The position numbers were made by a program, and so were the translations under genes. DNA of 64,000 nt. It comes from Candidatus Latescibacterota bacterium (lineage in GTDB: Bacteria > Latescibacterota > UBA2968 > UBA8231). The notes below the pieces were generated by a model. That model was not told the DNA's origin and ran no database searches. It worked only from the letters and a program-made list of their open reading frames with translations. Positions 47,891 to 57,021 of the stretch are shown here, one piece after another. How positions within the stretch are numbered: position 1 is the first letter of the stretch; each line of letters begins with the position of its first letter. The DNA is taken from the NCBI GenBank assembly GCA_965242865.1, contig CBDETK010000013.1, positions 2,240,001-2,304,000 on the forward strand. Reading direction: 5' to 3'.

Positions 47891-48367
47891 ATGACAGATA
47901 CGCACAATAGTAATGGCAAGCCCTCGCGCCGTTCTTGGCTGGCGTCGGTGCTCATGGGCGTCGGCTTGCTGGCCAGTTACGGCACCTTGGCCGGTCAGAC
48001 CCTGAGTTTCCTTTTGCCGACCGGATTGGCCAAACGCAAGCGTCGGATCTTCGTCGGGCCGGTCGCGGCTTTCCCGACGGACGCCGTGCGCCCCATCCGC
48101 GATCTCAAAGGCGACGAAGTGCTGGTCCGGCGCACGAAGGACGGCTTTCGGGCCTTTAGTTCAACCTGTCCTCACTTGGGATGCAAGGTGCGCTGGGAGG
48201 CCGACGCGGCGCGTTTTTTCTGCCCCTGCCACAACGGCGTTTTTAACGCCGACGGCGTCGCGGTCTCGGGGCCGCCGGCCGATGCCGGGCAAAACCTCTA
48301 TCCGGCGCCGCTAATTGTCGATGACAAAAATCAGGTGGTCTATCTGGAGGTCGATGCGCCCGGATGA
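47891..48367 (+). CDS. Rieske [2Fe-2S] subunit of a cytochrome bc complex
   Basis: Tat-like SRRSWL plus a TM helix; CPHLGC and CPCH motifs; SGPP. Confidence 0.92.
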   Translation: MTDTHNSNGKPSRRSWLASVLMGVGLLASYGTLAGQTLSFLLPTGLAKRKRRIFVGPVAAFPTDAVRPIRDLKGDEVLVRRTKDGFRAFSSTCPHLGCKVRWEADAARFFCPCHNGVFNADGVAVSGPPADAGQNLYPAPLIVDDKNQVVYLEVDAPG

Positions 48368-49449
48368 GTGCGCCGAGCGATAGAGCCTCTACCGGCGCGC
48401 GGCGCTGGAGCGAGCTGCTGCCGATTGACTGGGAATGGGTGCGTCATGCCGGGGCCGAGCCAGTGCCCTATCACCTCAAGAAGTGGTGGTTCTGTCTGGG
48501 GGGCACGGTGGCGTACCTGTTTATCGTGCAGGTGCTCACTGGCATCGCGCTGACGTTCTACTACGTGCCCTCGCCCGAAGAAGCGTACGCCAGCGTCGAG
48601 ACGATCACGCGCGACGTGCGCTTTGGCTGGTACATCCGCTCGCTGCACAAGTGGGCGGCCAATCTCATGATCGTCGCCGTGTTCCTGCACCTGCTGCGCG
48701 TTTACTTCACCGCTTCGTACCGGCACCCGCGCCAGCTAAACTGGATGGTGGGCATCGGCCTGCTGCTGACGACGCTCGCGTTCGGGTTCACCGGGTACTC
48801 GCTCATCTACGAGCAACTCAGCTTTTGGGGGGCGACGGTCGCGGCCAACTTGGTTGAAGCGCTGCCCCTCGTGGGGACGGTCGCGGCACACCTGTTGCGC
48901 GGCGGCGAGGCCATCGGGGCGAATACGCTGACGCGGTTTTTCATCCTCCACATCGGCGTGCTGCCCACCATGGCCTTCGCGCTCGTCGGGCTGCACATCG
49001 CGTTGGTGCGAACGCAGGGGGTCACCGAGCAGGTTTTCGACGACGAGGACGCCCGAGCCGAGGGACGCTTCTTTCGCTTCTGGCCCGACCACGCCACGAC
49101 CGAATTGCTAATCGGCGTGTTGCTGATGTACGTGCTGACCGTATTGGCGCTGATTTTTCCGGCCGGCCTCGGCGAACCGGCCAATCCCACGCAAACCCCA
49201 GCCCACATCAAACCGGAGTGGTATTTCTACTTTAGCTTTCGCCTACTCAAGCTGACTTCGCTGCGGCTCAGCGTGTTGCTGATGACGGCCGGGCTAGTGG
49301 TGCTTTTGTTCTGGCCGTTCATCGAAAGCTATCTGCAACGGCGCTTGCGCTTTTCGGACACGGCCTCGGTGTGTCTGGGCGTCATCGCGTTTCTCGGCTT
49401 TCTCGCGCTGACCGTGTGGGAGAGCCTCGATCCCGGCCCCACACCCTGA
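48364..49449 (+). CDS. Cytochrome b (b6-type fused with subunit IV)
   Basis: WFCLGG, RSLHKW...LHLLR, FFILH...LHI, GYSL...SFWG, PEWY. Confidence 0.93.
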   Translation: MSAPSDRASTGARRWSELLPIDWEWVRHAGAEPVPYHLKKWWFCLGGTVAYLFIVQVLTGIALTFYYVPSPEEAYASVETITRDVRFGWYIRSLHKWAANLMIVAVFLHLLRVYFTASYRHPRQLNWMVGIGLLLTTLAFGFTGYSLIYEQLSFWGATVAANLVEALPLVGTVAAHLLRGGEAIGANTLTRFFILHIGVLPTMAFALVGLHIALVRTQGVTEQVFDDEDARAEGRFFRFWPDHATTELLIGVLLMYVLTVLALIFPAGLGEPANPTQTPAHIKPEWYFYFSFRLLKLTSLRLSVLLMTAGLVVLLFWPFIESYLQRRLRFSDTASVCLGVIAFLGFLALTVWESLDPGPTP

Positions 49450-49491
49450 GTGGGCACTGGCACTGGACCTAAAATCGGGAGGGTTGCTCAA

Positions 49492-51087
49492 ATGACACTG
49501 ACGGCTAAGCGCTACATCGTGGCGGTGCTTTCGTTTTTGTTCTTGCTGTCGCTGCTCGTGGTTGCCTACCACGAGTCGAGAATGGCCCGCGAGGAGGAGG
49601 ACCCCGGCCCCGTGGTCAAGCAGTCGAGCGCGGCCTGCGTGTCCTGTCATCGCCAAGATAGCCCGGCGTTGGTGATGGAGTGGGAGGAATCGCGCCACGC
49701 CGAATTGGGGGTGGGCTGCTTCGATTGCCACGCGGCCAACAGCACCGACGAGGACGCGTGGAAGCACGAAGGGGTTTGGGTCTCGGCGCTGGTGACGCCC
49801 AAGGACTGCGCCACCTGCCACGTCCGCGAGTTTGAGCAGTTTTCGGTGAGCCACCACGCCCGCGCCGGCGAAATTTTGGCCAGTCTCGACAACGTGCTCG
49901 CCGAGAAAGCGGCCGGCCTACCGGACAACATCGCCGACGCGGTCAACGGCTGTTGGCAGTGCCATGGCAGCATCGTGCGCTTTGAGCGCGACGAAGCGGG
50001 CGAGATCGTGCGCACCGGCAAGGAGAACAAGCCGGTCATCGATGCCGACACTTGGCCCAACAGCGGCATGGGGCGGCTCAATCCCGACGGCTCAAAAGGG
50101 TCGTGCCACGCCTGCCACTCGCGCCACGCCTTCCAAGCCAAGCTGTCGCGCGGCCCGGAAAACTGCGGCAAGTGCCACATGGGGCCTGACCACCCGCAGA
50201 TCGAGATTTACAACGAGTCCAAGCACGGCATTGCCTTCTACGCCAACCGCGACCGCATGGCGCTGGACAAGGACGGCGACTGGGTCCTCGGCCGCGACTA
50301 CTCGGCCGCCCCGACGTGCGCCACCTGTCACATCAGCAGCTACATGACGCCGCAGGGCGTGTACGAAGCCAACAGCCACGACGTGGGCGAGCGCATTAGC
50401 TGGACCTTGCGACCGATTATTAGCACCAAACAGAATCTGGTAATTTTCGCGGATGGCTTTAGGGAAGACTATCCCGATACGCGGGCCTTGCCCGACTCCG
50501 GGGAGGTCGTCGAGACGGTCGAGAAGGTCGTGGAGAACGAACAACTCGTCAGCCAGACGGTTCCGCGGGTGGTCCAAAAAATCGTCACTTGGCAGGAGCG
50601 GCGCGAGAAGATGAAAGGGGCCTGTCTCAACTGCCACAGCGACACGTACGTCGATAATTTCTACAAGCAGTTCGACGACTTGGTCGTCCTTTACAACGAG
50701 AAGTTCGCCCGGCCGGCCAAGCTTATGATGGACGAGCTCAAGGCCGACGGGGTATTAAAGCCGGACGCTCCGTTTGAACACGAGGTCCAGTGGGTGTTCT
50801 GGGAGCTTTGGCATCACGAAGGCCGCCGCGCCCGCCACGGCGCCAGCATGATGGGCCCGGACTACACGCATTGGCACGGCATGTACGAAGTGGCCAAGCA
50901 CTACTACGTGAAGTTCCTGCCAGCCGTGGTCAAAGCGGCCGCGAGCAAGAGCGAGGCTATGGAGCACAAGTACCACGCCAAGGTGGAGGCGTTGCTGGCC
51001 GAGGAAGAGCACGCTTGGATGAAGGGGCTCGATCCCAAAGAGGCCGAAGCCCTCCGGGCGATGTACCGGGATCGCTACAACCAGTAG
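49492..51087 (+). CDS. Membrane-anchored octaheme cytochrome c, hydroxylamine oxidoreductase (HAO)-like
   Basis: Eight CxxCH motifs; CGKCHMGPDHPQIEIYNESKHG; HDVGERISW; GASMMGPDYTHWHG; RBS GGGAGG. Confidence 0.88.
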   Translation: MTLTAKRYIVAVLSFLFLLSLLVVAYHESRMAREEEDPGPVVKQSSAACVSCHRQDSPALVMEWEESRHAELGVGCFDCHAANSTDEDAWKHEGVWVSALVTPKDCATCHVREFEQFSVSHHARAGEILASLDNVLAEKAAGLPDNIADAVNGCWQCHGSIVRFERDEAGEIVRTGKENKPVIDADTWPNSGMGRLNPDGSKGSCHACHSRHAFQAKLSRGPENCGKCHMGPDHPQIEIYNESKHGIAFYANRDRMALDKDGDWVLGRDYSAAPTCATCHISSYMTPQGVYEANSHDVGERISWTLRPIISTKQNLVIFADGFREDYPDTRALPDSGEVVETVEKVVENEQLVSQTVPRVVQKIVTWQERREKMKGACLNCHSDTYVDNFYKQFDDLVVLYNEKFARPAKLMMDELKADGVLKPDAPFEHEVQWVFWELWHHEGRRARHGASMMGPDYTHWHGMYEVAKHYYVKFLPAVVKAAASKSEAMEHKYHAKVEALLAEEEHAWMKGLDPKEAEALRAMYRDRYNQ

Positions 51088-51141
51088 GCGGCCCTCGTTT
51101 TGTCTGCTCCTCAGTACGCGACCGCAGCGACCCGCCTGCCG

Positions 51142-51169
51142 AGGATCGAGGGCATCTTGCCCTCGGTCC
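51142..51169. repeat. REP-like hairpin, copy 2
   Basis: AGGATCGAGGGCATCTTGCCCTCGGTCC, intergenic. Confidence 0.7.
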
Positions 51170-51194
51170 CAGACTCATTGCAAAGGAGAAATCC

Positions 51195-52271
51195 ATGAAA
51201 ATCACCAAAGTAGAAACCATTCAGATAGAGACCCCGCGCTACTACGGCCACGTCTCCGGGCACGTGCTGGTCCAAGTCTTTGTCGAGGACGGCCCGGTCG
51301 GCTGGGGCGAGGCGTCCGACAGCCGCGCCGAGGATTTGGCGGCCATTGCCCGGCAGTACAACGAGCTGTTGGTGGGGCGGGACGCCGGCGCCATTACCGA
51401 GATCAACGAGCTGTTGCTCGGCCACGCCTTCCACAGCTCGGTGACCGACCTCCACCTCGCCTCGGCCATTGATCTGGCCCTCTACGATCTCAATGGCAAG
51501 GCCCAAGGGGTGCCGGCCTATCGGCTTTTGGGCGGCAAGATGCGGGAGAAGCTCTATTGCTGCTATCCGATCTTTGGCTGGCAGGTAAAAGACGACTTCG
51601 AGCGCACGCTGGGCTATCTCCAGCGGCTGCTCGCCTTGGGGCATCACCTGTTCCGCTACTACGTGTCGGGCGATAGCGCGCTCGACGACCGCTTCTTGGG
51701 CGAGGCCCAGTGCCGCTTTGACGACCGGCTCAAGCTCAAGTCCATTGACTTTTCCGGGCGTTTCGCCGATTGGGAGACGGCCGTCCGCTACGCCGATGTC
51801 CTCCGCCACCACGCGCCGTATCACTTTGAGCAGCCCTCGGGCAATCTGCGGGTCTCGGCCGAATTTGTGCGGCGCGTTGACCTGCCGGTGAGTTGGCACA
51901 TCAACGGCCTCGCCTTGGGCATGGAAGCCATTGAAAAACGGGCCTGTACGGCCTTTAATCTCGCCTGCGTCTGCGGCGGCCCAACGCACATCCGCCGGCT
52001 TTTCGCCCTCGCGGAGGCGGCCGGGTTCCGCTGCCTAATCGGCACGGATCAGGAATCGACGCTGGGGGTTTCAGCGCAAGTTAGCCTTGGCATTGCCATG
52101 CCCAACACCAACTTGCCCTGCGACCCCATGGGGCCGGTGCTGTACACGGCCTCGCCGGCCGCAGAACGGGTGCGGGCCGAGGGCAGCTACTTGTATCCGT
52201 TTGAAAAGCCGGGGCTGGGAGTGGAAATCGACGCGGACAAGCTGCGGGCCATAACCGTAGCGCAAGCCTAG
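51195..52271 (+). CDS. Enolase-superfamily acid-sugar dehydratase, galactarate dehydratase (GalrD-II)-like
   Basis: CYPIF, FRYY (RxY dyad), KSIDFS, GTDQE, DPMGP.LY; RBS AAGGAG. Confidence 0.8.
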   Translation: MKITKVETIQIETPRYYGHVSGHVLVQVFVEDGPVGWGEASDSRAEDLAAIARQYNELLVGRDAGAITEINELLLGHAFHSSVTDLHLASAIDLALYDLNGKAQGVPAYRLLGGKMREKLYCCYPIFGWQVKDDFERTLGYLQRLLALGHHLFRYYVSGDSALDDRFLGEAQCRFDDRLKLKSIDFSGRFADWETAVRYADVLRHHAPYHFEQPSGNLRVSAEFVRRVDLPVSWHINGLALGMEAIEKRACTAFNLACVCGGPTHIRRLFALAEAAGFRCLIGTDQESTLGVSAQVSLGIAMPNTNLPCDPMGPVLYTASPAAERVRAEGSYLYPFEKPGLGVEIDADKLRAITVAQA

Positions 52272-52369
52272 ACCGGGCTGGGGTTGGTTTGACCTTGTGC
52301 CGGTCGCGCCGCAGTATATCGTTATATCGTTCCGACAATACTTGATTTACAACCAACGAGGAGAGGGCA

Positions 52370-53362
52370 ATGAGCGAGGCAAACCGAGCAACTTGGGCCG
52401 ACAATTGGCTCGGGTATCGGGAGGAAATCAAGGTCGTTGATGTCACCATCCGCGATGGCGGCCTGATGAACGACCATTGGTTTGAAGACAGCGTAGTCAA
52501 AGGCGTGTACGAGTCCTGCATCGAGGCCGGGATCGACTACATGGAGATCGGGTACATCAACTCGCGGGCGCAGTTTCCGCCGGGCGAGTTTGGGCCGTGG
52601 AAGCACTGCCTCGAAGAGGACATGCGCCGCATCGTCGGCAGCAACGACACCCCGCTGAAGTTGGCGGCTATGGCCGACGCCGAAAAAAGCGATTACAAAA
52701 CCGACATCCTGCCGGCGTCTGAAAGCGTGTTGGACATGATCCGCGTGGCCACCTATATCCACCAGATGCCGCTGGCATTGGACATGATCAAGGACGCCAG
52801 CGACAAGGGCTACGAGACGACCTTAAACTTAATGGCCGTTTCCACCGTGCCGGAGTCCGAGGTCAAAAGTGCGCTGGAGATGCTGGTGCGCTCAGACGTG
52901 GGGGCCGTGTACGTGGTCGATAGCTTTGGCTCGCTCTACAGCGAGCAGATTCGCGCGCTTTGCACCATGTTTCTCGAATACTGCGAGGGCACCCCGATAG
53001 AGGTCGGCATCCACGCTCACAACAATCGGCAACTGGCTTTTGCCAACACCATCGACGCCGCGATACTGGGGGCCAATTGCGTGGATGCGAGTTTTGCCGG
53101 CTTAGGCCGCGGCGCCGGCAATTGCCAGATGGAGCTTTTGCTGGGCTTTTTGCACAACCCGAAATTTCGCTTGCGTCCCGTGCTCAAGTGCATTGAGCAA
53201 TACATTGAGCCGCTCCGCTCCAAGCTGCTATGGGGCTACGACTATCCCTACATGATCACCGGCCTGCTCAACCAACACCCGCGGGCCGGCATGGCGTTCA
53301 ACGCCTCTGAAAATCGGGGCAAGATCGTCCAGTTCTACGACCAGATGGAAGAGCAGGAGTGA
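52370..53362 (+). CDS. DRE-TIM (HMGL-like) aldolase catalytic-domain protein
   Basis: DVTIRDGG, VDSFG, HAHNN, GLGRGAGN. Confidence 0.85.
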   Translation: MSEANRATWADNWLGYREEIKVVDVTIRDGGLMNDHWFEDSVVKGVYESCIEAGIDYMEIGYINSRAQFPPGEFGPWKHCLEEDMRRIVGSNDTPLKLAAMADAEKSDYKTDILPASESVLDMIRVATYIHQMPLALDMIKDASDKGYETTLNLMAVSTVPESEVKSALEMLVRSDVGAVYVVDSFGSLYSEQIRALCTMFLEYCEGTPIEVGIHAHNNRQLAFANTIDAAILGANCVDASFAGLGRGAGNCQMELLLGFLHNPKFRLRPVLKCIEQYIEPLRSKLLWGYDYPYMITGLLNQHPRAGMAFNASENRGKIVQFYDQMEEQE

Positions 53363-53394
53363 GTCGGACGGATCGGTGCAAAAGCGGGTAGGAC

Positions 53395-54252
53395 ATGCGT
53401 CGCACGAGCACGACCGCCTCGTTGGCCGCCGGGATCCGCGCCCATCACTGGCAGTGGAATCCAGTGCCGATTTTTGCCGACGAGTACGCGGTGGATATGC
53501 TGTCGCTGGGGTGGCGTCTCATCGTCAAAAATCGCTTGCTCAACTGGCTGGTGGTCAATAAGCTGCTCGCTCCGTTCCATCCCATCCACACCGAGAACAT
53601 CCTCCGCGTCCGCTACGCCGAAGACTGTCTCAATGAGGCCATAAAAGCGGGCCTCGTGCAGTACGTGATTCTCGGGGCTGGTTTCGACACCTTTGCCCTG
53701 CGCGGTCGCGAGTTGGCAGATCAGGTGCAGGTGTTTGAAGTGGATCATCCCGCGACCCAGCGGATCAAGCGCGAGCGCGTGGGCCGGGTCGCCGGGCACA
53801 TCCCACCCAACGTGGCATTCGTGCCGGTTGACTTTGAGACCGAGCGGTTGGACGAGGTGCTTAGGAGCAGCCGGTTCGACGCCGGGCAACCCGCATTTTT
53901 TTCGTGGCTGGGGACGACTTACTACCTGACCCAGGACGCCATCAGGGAGACGCTTGGTTGTATTGCGGCGGTTGCGGCCCCGGGTAGCCGCCTCGTCTGC
54001 GATTACAAGCTGCCGCTAGCCCCCGAACAGAGTGTACCCCTCAACGACAAGCTAGAACGCCTCGTGAAGCGGCTGGGCGAGCCGATGCGGTCCGAGTTTG
54101 CGCCCGAAGATCTCAAGGCCGAAATGGCGCGCATCGGCTGGGCCGAGTTGGAAAGCCTGCTGCCGCCCGCGCAGGCGCGGCACTACCTGCAAAATCGGAG
54201 CGATATCGTCGCGCCGCCGCCGAATTTCGCCTTTGCCCTGTTTGGCTGCTAA
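53395..54252 (+). CDS. Class I SAM-dependent methyltransferase (LCM-like)
   Basis: QYVILGAGFDT, FEVDHPATQ, PVDF, WLG..YYL. Confidence 0.9.
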   Translation: MRRTSTTASLAAGIRAHHWQWNPVPIFADEYAVDMLSLGWRLIVKNRLLNWLVVNKLLAPFHPIHTENILRVRYAEDCLNEAIKAGLVQYVILGAGFDTFALRGRELADQVQVFEVDHPATQRIKRERVGRVAGHIPPNVAFVPVDFETERLDEVLRSSRFDAGQPAFFSWLGTTYYLTQDAIRETLGCIAAVAAPGSRLVCDYKLPLAPEQSVPLNDKLERLVKRLGEPMRSEFAPEDLKAEMARIGWAELESLLPPAQARHYLQNRSDIVAPPPNFAFALFGC

Positions 54253-54977
54253 TGTACCACCTAAGCGATAAAGAGAAACAACGCTTAGTCGAAGCCATCC
54301 GTGCAGTTTACGCGATTCCTTTTGTCGATGATATAGAGGATTATATCTGGGAAGCCATATTTACGTATGTCAAAGATATTCCATCGGTTGATCCTCTCTC
54401 GCATACTAGGAGCAAAAATCTATTCGATGTAGTTGATGAAAAAAGCAAAATTGGCTGGTCAATTAAGGCGGCTCAAGTAAATCAAAATGCAATCATTCTG
54501 CCTTGTGAGTTTGAGGTCGTCATACAGCGAGCAGATATTTTTGCAAAAGCCGAGAAGCTTGGCTTTGGTACGCTCTCTACTGAGTCGCCTACTGAACGGC
54601 TTGGAGCTGCTCTGCTCAAGCATTGGTACAGCGAGAAAGTTCGGCAAGATGCAGGAATTCAGGGAGTAAAAGAAAAGCGAGTATCCATTTTGCTAAAATC
54701 AAAAAACAGAAAGCATTACGTTTATTTTGAAGAGAAATTGATTGAATATAAGGAGAACGACCTGAAATGGGCCTGGACCGATGGGAACAAAAAGGGCCTA
54801 CAGGCGAGACGCATTAAAGACAATGTGCTGGTTTTTCGGTGGTATCCGAATCAAAAACAATTTTTTGAACGCTTTATTTTTCCTAAAGATGCATACGAGT
54901 TTTGTATTGAACCGCAGCGTCTCGCAGCAGACGATGTTGTTGCGATTCTTTTGGCAAAACTCGAAGGCAGACTTTAA
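54252..54977 (+). CDS. Putative Type II restriction endonuclease
   Basis: AT-rich; convergent with a C5-MTase; divergent PD-(D/E)xK-like E..FD...WSIK arrangement. Confidence 0.55.
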   Translation: MYHLSDKEKQRLVEAIRAVYAIPFVDDIEDYIWEAIFTYVKDIPSVDPLSHTRSKNLFDVVDEKSKIGWSIKAAQVNQNAIILPCEFEVVIQRADIFAKAEKLGFGTLSTESPTERLGAALLKHWYSEKVRQDAGIQGVKEKRVSILLKSKNRKHYVYFEEKLIEYKENDLKWAWTDGNKKGLQARRIKDNVLVFRWYPNQKQFFERFIFPKDAYEFCIEPQRLAADDVVAILLAKLEGRL

Positions 54978-56070
54978 TGTTCGTCGCCATATTTTGCATT
55001 ATTAGAGGAGGAACAGCATTTCCCACTTGATGAGATTTTTCAATATAAGTACCCGTAAATCTAAAATCATCAGAAAAAGACTGAAGCCTCGCCGCTTCTC
55101 GGATAGTTAGCAATCTAGCTTCCCGAGGATGACAGAAGCGCCCGGATCCAGGATGGAATACCCACCTAGTAATTGTTGGCGCAATCATTTCAAAATCAAG
55201 TCTTCCATAAGCACCACTATATCCCGATTTTGGTCTGATTTTCTTTGGTAAATTTTTTATTCCTTGGCCTGGTCCCAAAGACGAAATTCGAGTAAATTGT
55301 TTTTCATTTAACGCTCGTGTAAGGTGATCGTAGAGAATACGCGAATCTTCTCTCATATCTACTTGATATTCGTTTTGCGGCTGAAGACTGTACTCCATAG
55401 GCTCATACCCTTCACCATTTTCCAAAACGGGCAAATCTGAGATTGCCTCCCAAGCGGAATGGTACTGCTTTACGGTGCCGAATAAGACGTTTACATGATC
55501 GGGACCAAAAGTAGGCGGTGGAAGTGCGGGTTTGATCTCCGTTCTCGAAGCGAAGAAAAAGCAACGCCTTCTGCGCTGTGGGACACCATAGTCTGGGGCG
55601 TATAAAATAGCGGTATCTATTTCATAGCCAAACTGTCGTAAGCTATTGATAATTTCTGCCCGTACGGATCCGTCGTACGCCCTATAAATCTCCGCAACAT
55701 TTTCCATAACGACAACTTTGGGCAACATGGCCTCAACGAAGCGCAAAAAATCGCGGAATAATTGATTGCGCGGATCTCTGAGAAAACGATAGGCCGCTGG
55801 CACATTTTTTGAAAACCCTTGGCAAGGAGGGCCGCCAATGAGGCAATCAAGAGTACCTTTTTCTAATTTTAGCATTGACATTAACGAATATGGGTCCAAG
55901 TCGGCTATATCTGCTTTTATCGTGCTAGCAGTCGGATGATTAAAGTGAAATGTTTCTAAGGCTCTGCTCCATATATCAACGCCAGCTAGCACACTGAAAC
56001 CCGCTTTATGTAACCCCCAAGACATTCCTCCGCACCCGCTGAATAAATCTATAACCGTTGGCTTTTGCAT
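54883..56070 (-). CDS. DNA (cytosine-5) methyltransferase
   Basis: Motifs I FSGCGG, IV GPPCQGFS, VI ENV, VIII QRRRR, IX REAARLQSF and X GNAV. Confidence 0.95.
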   Translation of the reverse strand: MQKPTVIDLFSGCGGMSWGLHKAGFSVLAGVDIWSRALETFHFNHPTASTIKADIADLDPYSLMSMLKLEKGTLDCLIGGPPCQGFSKNVPAAYRFLRDPRNQLFRDFLRFVEAMLPKVVVMENVAEIYRAYDGSVRAEIINSLRQFGYEIDTAILYAPDYGVPQRRRRCFFFASRTEIKPALPPPTFGPDHVNVLFGTVKQYHSAWEAISDLPVLENGEGYEPMEYSLQPQNEYQVDMREDSRILYDHLTRALNEKQFTRISSLGPGQGIKNLPKKIRPKSGYSGAYGRLDFEMIAPTITRWVFHPGSGRFCHPREARLLTIREAARLQSFSDDFRFTGTYIEKSHQVGNAVPPLIMQNMATNIKVCLRVLPKESQQHRLLRDAAVQYKTRMHL

Positions 56071-56292
56071 TAGTTGCTCCTAACTCTATTCTAATAGTAA
56101 CTATGGTATTCTTTTGTCTTTGTCAAGACAAGCAAAAGCAAATTTTGGTTAGCTTATGGAAGGGATGGCGGCCTATCGCGCCTCCGGCTTTTTCAGAGAG
56201 CTCAACCGGGGCAGAAATCAGTCTCTTGTCTTGGTCAACGAAAACCCTTAGCCTACATTATAATATGCTTTATACTTTGCCGCGCCCGCTCT

Positions 56293-56895
56293 TCAGTACC
56301 ACAGATAGCTGGCGTTGAAGGCGAGGCCCAAGCCCGTGACGTCGGCTTTGATCGCTTGGTCGTCGATGGTAGCCTCTGCGCTTGGTGCGCCCCAGCCGAT
56401 GGTGCCTTTGATCATCCAGTGCTTGTGTACCTCGTAGCCTATGCTGCCGGCCAGCCCGAGGCCATCGAGAATGTTGGCTCCGCCGTCGTCCCAGCGGGCA
56501 GTGCCGATGACGGCCTCGACAAAGGGCGATGGAGCGCGTTTTTTGAAGAAATAGGTCGCGCTAAAGCCGTCGATCTCAAAGCGGGTACTGCCCCTTTCAA
56601 CCGCGGTGCCGAGGAGCTTGATCGCGTCGTCATCCGTGCCGCTGCCCAAGTCCAAGACCCAGCCTAGGACGAGGTGCTTGGTGAGGCCGTAGCCGAACCG
56701 GAGCGCGGTGCCAAAGGTCGGGTCGCGGTCTTCGCGCTGGGATCGCTCGTCGTCGATGAGCCACTCCTGCTCGATAAACTGGTAGCCCGGCCCGAGGCTA
56801 AAACCGAACAGAAAGCCTTCGCGGTTTCCATCAAAGGCGTAGGTGGCCAGCGGCAGCCCTAGCAAGAGGGCGAGAAGCGACAAGGCGCGTTGCAT
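56293..56895 (-). CDS. Outer-membrane beta-barrel protein (small, probably 8-stranded)
   Basis: Signal peptide; alternating strands; aromatic C-terminus ASYLWY. Confidence 0.7.
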   Translation of the reverse strand: MQRALSLLALLLGLPLATYAFDGNREGFLFGFSLGPGYQFIEQEWLIDDERSQREDRDPTFGTALRFGYGLTKHLVLGWVLDLGSGTDDDAIKLLGTAVERGSTRFEIDGFSATYFFKKRAPSPFVEAVIGTARWDDGGANILDGLGLAGSIGYEVHKHWMIKGTIGWGAPSAEATIDDQAIKADVTGLGLAFNASYLWY

Positions 56896-57021
56896 GATGA
56901 AGATCCGTCCGTTTAGAAGTTGAGGTTGGATGCCAAAAAAGCCAAACATAAGCGGGCTGTCAAATTATCCAACGCCGCTACCGACAAAGCGCACCACAGC
57001 CCCCCACCGAGAGGAGACGCT

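Noticed and set aside
49492-51087. Evidence for ammonia oxidation or anammox
   Set aside because: There is no amo, cycA/cycB or hzs in the window, and the P460 cross-link Tyr seems to be absent.
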